Shown here: positions 1 through 7,699 of the stretch, in pieces
Numbering within the stretch: position 1 is the first letter of the stretch
Layout: every line of letters begins with the position of its first letter
Source of the DNA: Candidatus Iainarchaeum sp.
GTDB lineage: Archaea > Iainarchaeota > Iainarchaeia > Iainarchaeales > CSSED10-239
DNA length: 12,535 bases
Direction: 5' to 3'
NCBI GenBank assembly: GCA_028700905.1
Contig: JAQVRT010000020.1
Span: forward strand, 1-12,535
Made by a program: the position numbers and the translations under genes
Notes under the pieces: generated by a model
The model's database searches: none
Seen by the model: the letters and a program-made list of their open reading frames with translations, nothing else
What the model was told of the DNA's origin: nothing

Positions 1-1
1 T

Positions 2-994
2 TTTAAAATTATAGAAACAATTTATTTTTCACAAATATCTATTCTTCTTAATGCTCTTTTATCTTTCGGGATAACATTTATTGTAGGTTATATTCTTTGG
101 GAATTTGGTTTTTTTGCAGGTGGTGATTTAAAGTTGTTTTCTGCAATTTCTTTTTTAAATCCTTTTAATATAAATTTTTTAGGTTTTTTATTTTCTTTAA
201 AAACAATTACTATTCCTATCTTTTCTTTAACTTTAGTAATTACCGCTATTATTTCTACAGCACCTATTCTTATTTTTAGTGCCTTGTATTTATTTATATT
301 TAAAAGACACTATATAATTCTTATAAATTTATTAAAAACAAAAAATACATTATTTTCATTATTAAGCTCTATTTTAATTCTTTTCTTAATTTCTTCTTTT
401 TTTAATATTTTTGAAATGTATATTCCTTTTTTAATATATTTTTTATTATCTGTAATGTTTATTTTATTTTTTAGAAAACTTGAAAAAAGAAATATTGTTC
501 AATATAATTATTTAGTTTTAGGTCTTTATTTATTATTAATTGGATATTCTTTGATTTTTTCAAAAAAAATATTTGTTTTTTATGATTTATTAGTTATCAC
601 TATAACTATTTTAATTATTTTCTTAAGTATAACTTTTTATAAAATAATCTCTTCAAAAATTTTAACCTTTAGCAAAAAAGTAGTTAACTTAAAAGAAGGA
701 GATGTAGTTTTAAACAATTATTATTTAGTAAACAAAAAAGTTATTGAAAAAAAAGTATCTTTTATTGATTATTTAAAAGAATATACCTCTAAACAAAAAT
801 CAAATAAATTAATCATAGATTCTAGGAAAGTAGGTGGTCTTTTACCAGAAGACATAACCTTTTTAAAGAGTTCATATAAACATAATTTAGAGAAGGAGAT
901 AGTTTTAAAAAAAACAATTCCATTTACCCCTTCTGTGTTAGTTGCATATATTTTATTAAATATTTTAGGAGATTTTATTTGGTTTATTTTTTAA
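2..994 (+). CDS. Archaeal type IV prepilin/preflagellin peptidase (A24 aspartyl protease, FlaK/EppA/PibD-like); 5' partial, continues beyond the left window edge
   Basis: The frame of listed ORF 134..994 stays open back to nt 2 with no stop (FKIIETIYFSQISILLNALLSFGITFIVGYILWEFGFFAGGDLKLFSAI...). The TTG start at 134 is therefore an ORF-caller artefact. AGGDLKLF (nt 116-139, Asp codon 125-127) matches the second catalytic G-x-G-D-x-K-L motif of A24 peptidases. Several hydrophobic helices follow, then a roughly 90-aa charged soluble segment (KKVVNLKEGDVV...EKEIVLKK). The last helix begins IPFTPSVL, resembling the conserved PF(G/A)P terminal helix. Candidate substrates are encoded immediately downstream. 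Confidence 0.7.
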   Translation, partial: FKIIETIYFSQISILLNALLSFGITFIVGYILWEFGFFAGGDLKLFSAISFLNPFNINFLGFLFSLKTITIPIFSLTLVITAIISTAPILIFSALYLFIFKRHYIILINLLKTKNTLFSLLSSILILFLISSFFNIFEMYIPFLIYFLLSVMFILFFRKLEKRNIVQYNYLVLGLYLLLIGYSLIFSKKIFVFYDLLVITITILIIFLSITFYKIISSKILTFSKKVVNLKEGDVVLNNYYLVNKKVIEKKVSFIDYLKEYTSKQKSNKLIIDSRKVGGLLPEDITFLKSSYKHNLEKEIVLKKTIPFTPSVLVAYILLNILGDFIWFIF

Positions 995-1010
995 GCTTAA
1001 ATAATAAATA

Positions 1011-1018
1011 AGGAAGGA
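1011..1018 (+). promoter_or_regulatory. Shine-Dalgarno-like AGGAAGGA upstream of pilin-like gene 1
   Basis: A purine-rich GGA core lies 7 nt upstream of ATG 1026. There is no T-run between the peptidase stop (994) and this site, which fits co-transcription. Confidence 0.4.
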
Positions 1019-1025
1019 ATTTAAA

Positions 1026-1502
1026 ATGAAGAATATAAAAGGACAAATTGCAATTGAATATATTATTTTAATATCTATTTTATTATTGTTTTTTCAAGCA
1101 ATCATATATCCAAATATTGTTTTTTCAGAAAATATTGTAGGAGATATTTATAATATTACTCAAACAAAACAATCTATTGATAAACTTGGAGATGATTTAG
1201 CATCTTTTGCAAGTTCTCCAGGATATGGTAAAAGATTAGTTTATTTTTATCTTCCTGACAATGCAAAAATTATAAGTTGTGATTCTGCAACAAAGACAAT
1301 TGAATACCAAATATCAATTTCTTCTCAAAACCCAAAACCAAACATTTCTGAATGTGATTCTGCAACAAACGTTTGTACTTTTGAAAAGTTTGTCTCAATT
1401 GGAGATGTATCTTTTACTTGTGACAAAGTTGGCCCTGGCTTTAACAATTACTTAGTTGTTGACAAAACTATTAATGGAGATATAGATGTTTCTTCAAGAT
1501 AA
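1026..1502 (+). CDS. Class III signal peptide (archaeal type IV pilin-like) protein 1
   Basis: The N-terminus is MKNIKG|QIAIEYIILISILLLFF: a short basic leader, Gly at -1, Gln at +1, Glu at +5, then a hydrophobic helix. QIAIEYIIL (nt 1044-1070) fits the archaeal Class_III signal motif QxSxExxxL (S->A). The mature part is polar with 4 Cys and Asn-x-Ser/Thr sequons (NIT, NIS), as expected for an extracellular domain. Confidence 0.7.
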   Translation: MKNIKGQIAIEYIILISILLLFFQAIIYPNIVFSENIVGDIYNITQTKQSIDKLGDDLASFASSPGYGKRLVYFYLPDNAKIISCDSATKTIEYQISISSQNPKPNISECDSATNVCTFEKFVSIGDVSFTCDKVGPGFNNYLVVDKTINGDIDVSSR

Positions 1503-1848
1503 AAAAGCTCAAACAAGTTTAGAGTTTTTAATTATTCTTTTAATTGTAATGGTTATAGCTATAACTGTAGTTGCATCTTTAACATCTACTTTTGATATTA
1601 ATATTGCTATGCACAAAACAAAAAATTTAACTTTAAAATATATTGCTGGGTACAATCATTCTTATTCAATTAACACTATTAATTATGTTTTTGATAATGA
1701 TAATTTAGATCTAGTAGTTTACTTAAATAAAGGCCTTGAAACTAATTGTCCAGTAGTCCCTGATGATTATAATTACACTGCTTTAACAAATGGCTTGTTA
1801 GATAGAACTAAGTTTGATGTTATTAATATTAGTTTAGAGTGTGTTTAA
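1486..1848 (+). CDS. Class III signal peptide (archaeal type IV pilin-like) protein 2
   Basis: The N-terminus is MFLQDKKA|QTSLEFLIILLIVMVIAITVV. QTSLEFLII (nt 1510-1536) matches QxSxE almost exactly. The start overlaps the upstream gene by 17 nt (1486-1502). The mature part has several N-glycosylation sequons (NLT, NHS, NYT, NIS) and 2 Cys. Confidence 0.75.
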   Translation: MFLQDKKAQTSLEFLIILLIVMVIAITVVASLTSTFDINIAMHKTKNLTLKYIAGYNHSYSINTINYVFDNDNLDLVVYLNKGLETNCPVVPDDYNYTALTNGLLDRTKFDVINISLECV

Positions 1849-1850
1849 TA

Positions 1851-1855
1851 GGTGA
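1851..1855 (+). promoter_or_regulatory. Shine-Dalgarno-like GGTGA upstream of 1865 CDS
   Basis: GGTGA lies 9 nt upstream of ATG 1865, inside a 16-nt intergenic gap. Confidence 0.4.
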
Positions 1856-1864
1856 ATTAAAATT

Positions 1865-2356
1865 ATGGATAAACATATTATTTATTTAGAGATTATTTTT
1901 TTATTTTCAATAATTGTAAATTTAATTGTTCCAGGCAATTTATTTTTAAAAATACTACTTATGCTATTAACTTTTTTATTCTATATTAAAGAAATTGGTA
2001 ACTATAAATTAATTAAAGCAAAATATAATTATGTAGGAATAGGATTTACATCTATTTTAGGGATGTTTATCATTTCTCAATACATAACACACATTTATTT
2101 TTTATTAGTATTTATGTGTCTTGTTGTACTTTATTTATATTTATTTAAAGTATTATTTAACATAACTTACGGAGTGGTTACAAAAAGTAATTCTAAAGAA
2201 GTTTATTTTAAAATTAAAGATCCTTTCTTTAATTTAAATAAAGAATTTTCTTTAAAATATTCAAGACCTTTAAAAGAAGGTACAGTAATTTTAATTGAAT
2301 TGTCTAAATTTTTTGTAAATAAAAAACCTGTAAAAATAAAAAAAGTTATTAAATAA
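1865..2356 (+). CDS. Hypothetical polytopic membrane protein with a small basic C-terminal soluble domain
   Basis: There are about 4 hydrophobic segments (IIFLFSIIVNLIV, ILLMLLTFLFYI, GFTSILGMFIISQYI, FLLVFMCLVVLYLYLF). A roughly 65-aa Lys-rich, beta-looking tail follows (GVVTKSNSKEVYFKIKD...VKIKKVIK). I recognise no catalytic motif. It is tightly packed with its neighbours. Confidence 0.55.
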   Translation: MDKHIIYLEIIFLFSIIVNLIVPGNLFLKILLMLLTFLFYIKEIGNYKLIKAKYNYVGIGFTSILGMFIISQYITHIYFLLVFMCLVVLYLYLFKVLFNITYGVVTKSNSKEVYFKIKDPFFNLNKEFSLKYSRPLKEGTVILIELSKFFVNKKPVKIKKVIK

Positions 2357-2360
2357 AAGT

Positions 2361-2726
2361 ATGGATGAATCAAAATTAAAAATATTTTTAATTTTTGCAA
2401 TTATAATCTCACTTTTAATTTTTCTTTTTTATATTCTTTTTTTTAAAGCACCTGTTTTAGATCTTTTATCGCCTGACATTTCTCTTTTAGAAAAAGTTGT
2501 TTCTGTTTCTGGAACATTAAAAGATTTTTCTATTGAAAACAATAATTTGTTTTTTAAAATATGTAATTTTTCTTCATGTATAGATGTAGTTTATTTTAAT
2601 CCTTCAAAAACTAATGTTAATTTACTACAAAATTCCTTTTCTTTTAAAAAAGAAATAAAAATAACTGGTAAATATACTCTTTATCAAAGCAAACCAGAAA
2701 TAATATTATATAAATTTGAGGATTAA
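2361..2726 (+). CDS. Membrane-anchored OB-fold (tRNA_anti-like) domain protein
   Basis: It has a single N-terminal TM helix (IFLIFAIIISLLIFLFYILFF). The pattern VSVSGTLKDFSIENNNLFFKICNFSSCIDVVYF...KEIKITGKYTLYQSKPEIILYKFE then matches the usual OB signature: V-x-V-x-G-x-V, a variant-cargo strand, I-x-V-x-F, V-x-V-x-G-x-x-x-x-Y-x-x-x-x-x-I. The start lies 4 nt after the upstream stop. Assignment is by pattern only. Confidence 0.5.
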   Translation: MDESKLKIFLIFAIIISLLIFLFYILFFKAPVLDLLSPDISLLEKVVSVSGTLKDFSIENNNLFFKICNFSSCIDVVYFNPSKTNVNLLQNSFSFKKEIKITGKYTLYQSKPEIILYKFED

Positions 2727-3914
2727 ATGATAATAGAAGTAATTTTAGGTATTTTAACTGGAATTGTTTTAGGGTTAATTCCTTCATTACATATTAATTT
2801 TGTATCGTATCTTTTTATTTCTTTTAGTATATTTTTAATTTTTCCAAATCATTTATTTTTCTTTTTATCTCTTTCAATTTCTCAATTAATTACAAACTAT
2901 ATACCTCAAACTTTTTTTTCTGTCCCAAATACCGAAAACATAATGTCTTTGTTTCCTCTTCACAGATTGTTTTTAAAACAACAAGCATACGATGGTATTT
3001 TTCTTTGTTTTTTAGGTTCTTTTTTTGGTAGTTTATTTTCTATTTTACTTTTTCCTTTATTATTTTTATTTTTTACTTTTTTTATTGGTTTTAATTTTTT
3101 AATTTCTTTTGCAATAATTTTTACAATTTTAAGTTTTATTTTTTCTCAAAAAACACTAAAAGAAAAATTAATAATTTTTTTAATTATTTTTTCTTCAGGT
3201 ATTTTAGGTTTGTTTACTTTAAAATATAATTATTTTGTAAAAGAACCATTATTTATTTGTGTTATGGGTCTTTTTACTTTTCCTTTACTTTTAAAATCTA
3301 TTTTTGAAAAAAATTCTAAAACAATTTATCAAAAAACAACCTTATCTATATTGCCTTCTTTAAAAAATTCTTCTCTTTATTCTTTTTTTGGTTCTTTAGC
3401 TTCTTTATTTGTAATTCTTGTGCCTTCTTTTTCGTCATCTTTAGGTGCGGTTGTGTTTTCAAGATTTAAAGAAAAAATTTCAACTTATAATTATTTAATT
3501 ATTTTTTCAAGTATTTCAATTAGTGCTTTAATCTTTTCTTATTTTCTTGCAATGTTTTTCAATAAACCAAGACTTGGTTATTTTGCAATTTTACTTTCTG
3601 AAAAATTAGTTCTTTTTAAAACTGATTTAGTTTTATATATTTCTGCAATTATTTTAACTGTAAGTTTAACTATTTTAATTTTGTTATCATTAATTAAAGA
3701 TATAATTTTATTTTTTAATTCTCAAAATTTAAATCGTCTAAATCTAATTGTTTTAATTGTTAGTTTTATTTTTATAATTTATTTATCTGATTTTAAAACT
3801 CTTTTAGTTTTCTTTTTAAGTGTTTTAATTGGTTTTTTACCTTTAATCTTTAACAAATCTAGAGTGTATTTAATGGGATATATAATGCTCCCAACTCTTT
3901 TGTTTTATCTATAA
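2727..3914 (+). CDS. Polytopic membrane protein, TctA/DUF112-like putative permease
   Basis: The protein is 395 aa with about 10-12 hydrophobic helices. The N-terminus ILGILTGIVLGLIPSLHINF resembles the G-x-x-P-G-(L/I)-H-x-N opening helix of archaeal DUF112/TctA proteins. IPQTFFSVPNTENIMSLFPLHRLFLKQQAYDGI resembles the TctA 'iPG...s..t.lp.hr....G.g..A' loop. The ATG directly abuts the upstream TAA (2724-2726/2727-2729), with GAGGA at 2718-2722. No TctB or TctC partner is present in the window. Confidence 0.5.
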   Translation: MIIEVILGILTGIVLGLIPSLHINFVSYLFISFSIFLIFPNHLFFFLSLSISQLITNYIPQTFFSVPNTENIMSLFPLHRLFLKQQAYDGIFLCFLGSFFGSLFSILLFPLLFLFFTFFIGFNFLISFAIIFTILSFIFSQKTLKEKLIIFLIIFSSGILGLFTLKYNYFVKEPLFICVMGLFTFPLLLKSIFEKNSKTIYQKTTLSILPSLKNSSLYSFFGSLASLFVILVPSFSSSLGAVVFSRFKEKISTYNYLIIFSSISISALIFSYFLAMFFNKPRLGYFAILLSEKLVLFKTDLVLYISAIILTVSLTILILLSLIKDIILFFNSQNLNRLNLIVLIVSFIFIIYLSDFKTLLVFFLSVLIGFLPLIFNKSRVYLMGYIMLPTLLFYL

Positions 3915-4651
3915 AAATTAAGTCTTAATAAAAAATACAATATTTTATTTTTAAAACTTGGAATATATACCACTCTTCTATTATCTAATGCTTTTATAGA
4001 TTTTAAAACAACCTCTTTTGCTTCCATGTACATAAAAGAAGGTAGTTTTGGGAGCATTGTTTTAAAGATTGCATGTTTATCAAAATTAGTTTTCGTAAAT
4101 CCAGGACATAATGCTTGAATCTTAATATTTTTGTTTTGTTTTTTAATTTCATCTTGTAAATTTTTAGAGAAATGTATTATATATCTTTTAGTTGAATTAT
4201 ATATGATGTTACTTTTAGAAGTAAATAAATATCCTGCAAGAGATGCTACATTTATTATTTTTCCTGAATTTCTTTTAATCATTTGATCTAAAACTGCTCT
4301 TGTAAGTAATGTTGTTGCAGTAATGTGAACATTTATCATGTTTTGTGTAATGGAGTATTCTGTTTTTGAAAAAGGTATTCTATTTCCAAAACCTGCATTA
4401 TTAATTAATATTTCAATATTTTCTTTTTCAATAATTTTACAGAGTTGGTTTATTTGATCTAATCTTGATAAATCAAAAATTAAATATTCACATTTAATTT
4501 TATATTTTTCTTCTAAATCTTTTTTAATTTTTTTAAGTTCTTTTTCATTTCTTGCAACTAAGATTAAATCTTTTTTTAATTTAGCAAATTGATATGCATA
4601 TTCCTTACCAATTCCGCTAGAGCCTCCAGTAATTAATATTTTTCTTTTCAT
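3905..4651 (-). CDS. Short-chain dehydrogenase/reductase (SDR family oxidoreductase, COG0300-like)
   Basis: The Rossmann motif ILITGGSSGIGKEYA (TGxxxGIG), NNAG, a Ser in INVASLAG and the catalytic YNSTK (YxxxK) are all present in the canonical order and spacing. Confidence 0.85.
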   Translation of the reverse strand: MKRKILITGGSSGIGKEYAYQFAKLKKDLILVARNEKELKKIKKDLEEKYKIKCEYLIFDLSRLDQINQLCKIIEKENIEILINNAGFGNRIPFSKTEYSITQNMINVHITATTLLTRAVLDQMIKRNSGKIINVASLAGYLFTSKSNIIYNSTKRYIIHFSKNLQDEIKKQNKNIKIQALCPGFTKTNFDKHAIFKTMLPKLPSFMYMEAKEVVLKSIKALDNRRVVYIPSFKNKILYFLLRLNFYR

Positions 4652-4666
4652 ATTTTTTCTTTCTTT

Positions 4667-4700
4667 TAATTATAGTTATATATATTTAGGTATACATATA
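4667..4700. promoter_or_regulatory. Divergent promoter region with TATA-like boxes between the SDR (-) and JAMM (+) genes
   Basis: The 53-nt spacer contains ttaattatagttatatatatttaggtatacatata. The TATATATAT core (about 4677-4686) lies about 25-30 nt from both start codons (4651 on -, 4705 on +). Neither gene has a clear SD. AT-rich boxes arise easily by chance at this base composition. Confidence 0.3.
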
Positions 4701-4704
4701 TAAT

Positions 4705-5103
4705 ATGGTAGAATGGTATATTTATAAAGATGTTCTTGAAAGCATAATGGAATTTTCAAAATCTTTTTATCCAAGAGAATTTTCTGGAATGCTTTATACA
4801 AAAAATAATATTATTGAAGAAATATACATTATTCCTCAAACACATAGTAATGAAAATTCTGCAGTAATTAGACTTGATTTTGTACCTCTTTCTATGTCAA
4901 TAAATGGTTCTGTTCATTCACATCCATCAGGAAACGGATATCCTTCTAGAGCAGATCTTTCTTTTTTTCAATCAAAAGATGTAAATATTATTGCTTATTT
5001 TCCTTATGATTTATTTTCTTTTAAAGCTTACAATTCTAAAGGAGAAAATATCGAAATTAAGGTGATTTTAAGAGTAAAAAGCAAACTTTTAAAAAACTTG
5101 TGA
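4705..5103 (+). CDS. Stand-alone JAMM/MPN+ domain metalloprotease (Mov34/MPN/PAD-1 family)
   Basis: The JAMM motif E-x(n)-H-x-H-x7-S-x2-D is complete. Glu25 lies in PREFSGML, followed by H71-S-H73-PSGNGYP-S81-RA-D84 (nt 4915-4956). At 132 aa it is typical of minimal archaeal JAMM proteins. Confidence 0.8.
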   Translation: MVEWYIYKDVLESIMEFSKSFYPREFSGMLYTKNNIIEEIYIIPQTHSNENSAVIRLDFVPLSMSINGSVHSHPSGNGYPSRADLSFFQSKDVNIIAYFPYDLFSFKAYNSKGENIEIKVILRVKSKLLKNL

Positions 5104-5185
5104 CACAAAAAATTTAAAGATTTTGTTACATATGTTATTTAATAAATTATAACTACTTTTCCTATGTGATTTTTTTTAAATATTT

Positions 5186-5191
5186 GGAGGA
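5186..5191 (+). promoter_or_regulatory. Shine-Dalgarno GGAGGA for grpE
   Basis: GGAGGA lies 8 nt upstream of ATG 5200. Confidence 0.55.
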
Positions 5192-5199
5192 TATTTTTT

Positions 5200-5772
5200 A
5201 TGAACGAAGACAACACAGAGAATATTAACAAAGATTCTTTAAATTCAGTTTCAACTGAAGATAAAGAAGAATTAACTAATGATAATTTAGAAACATCTCA
5301 AGAGACAGATAAAAACTTATCTGAAGATAAAGATGATTGTCAAGAAAGAATTGAATATCTTGAAAATCAACTTAAATTATCTGTTGCAGATTTTTCAAAC
5401 TATAAAAAAAGAGTTATCAGAGAACAAGAGAATATTTCTTTTCAAGAAAATTCAAAAATAATTTTAGAATTTTTATCTTTTAAAGAAACTTTACAAAAAG
5501 CGATATCTCATGAACAAAATGAATCTTCAAAGAAAAACTTAGAAGAACTAAACAATAATTTTGATAATATCTTATCTAGATTAAATATTAAAAAAATTGA
5601 ACTTGAAGGAAAAAATTTTGATTATAATTTATCAGAATGTATTCAAACTTTAAAAGTTACTGATAAAAATAAAAATAATAAAGTTATTGAAGTTCTAGAA
5701 AACGGATATACTTTTAAAGAAAAATTAATAAAACCAGGAAAAGTAATAATTGGTCAATTTATGGAGGAATAA
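5200..5772 (+). CDS. grpE: GrpE nucleotide exchange factor for DnaK
   Basis: It has an acidic N-terminus, a coiled-coil with ADFSNYKKRVIRE (the canonical AEFENYRKR motif) and a C-terminal GYTFKEKLIKPGKVIIG (canonical GY-x-l-x-x-x-v-l-R-P-A-x-V). It sits directly upstream of dnaK. Confidence 0.9.
   Translation: MNEDNTENINKDSLNSVSTEDKEELTNDNLETSQETDKNLSEDKDDCQERIEYLENQLKLSVADFSNYKKRVIREQENISFQENSKIILEFLSFKETLQKAISHEQNESSKKNLEELNNNFDNILSRLNIKKIELEGKNFDYNLSECIQTLKVTDKNKNNKVIEVLENGYTFKEKLIKPGKVIIGQFMEE
5763..5768 (+). promoter_or_regulatory. Shine-Dalgarno GGAGGA for dnaK, embedded in the 3' end of grpE
   Basis: GGAGGA lies 7 nt upstream of ATG 5776. The grpE stop is at 5770-5772, only 3 nt before the dnaK start. 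Confidence 0.55.
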
Positions 5773-7650
<1,878 letters not shown>

Positions 7651-7671
7651 TTATTTCTTTTCTTTTTTTTT
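7651..7671 (+). terminator. Oligo-T tract (T9 at 7663-7671) in the dnaK-dnaJ spacer; possible partial terminator or attenuator
   Basis: ttatttcttttcttttttttt follows the dnaK TAA directly. Archaeal RNA polymerase terminates at oligo-dT runs. Confidence 0.35.
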
Positions 7672-7699
7672 AATTTTAAAAAACTAATTGTGAAAAATT

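Noticed and set aside
2203-2400. 65-aa ORF on the - strand spanning the junction of the 1865 and 2361 genes
   Set aside because: It is entirely antisense to two tightly packed + strand genes with plausible starts and SD sites. Its sequence is low-complexity Phe/Lys/Leu-rich, as expected from the reverse complement of AT-rich coding DNA.
5101-5103. Possible TGA recoding, since JAMM and rtcB (11322..11324) end in TGA while other genes use TAA/TAG
   Set aside because: RtcB ends exactly at its conserved C-terminal ...IG. Read-through of the JAMM TGA adds only 12 codons before a TAA. Trp is encoded by TGG throughout. The standard code fits.
5098-5135. Possible operator or CIRCE-like inverted repeat upstream of grpE (TTGTGACA ... 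TGTTACAT; ACATATGT palindrome)
   Set aside because: Only 6 of 8 positions pair in the longer arms, and it does not resemble the CIRCE consensus. Short AT-rich palindromes are expected by chance here. I kept only the observation that CIRCE is absent.
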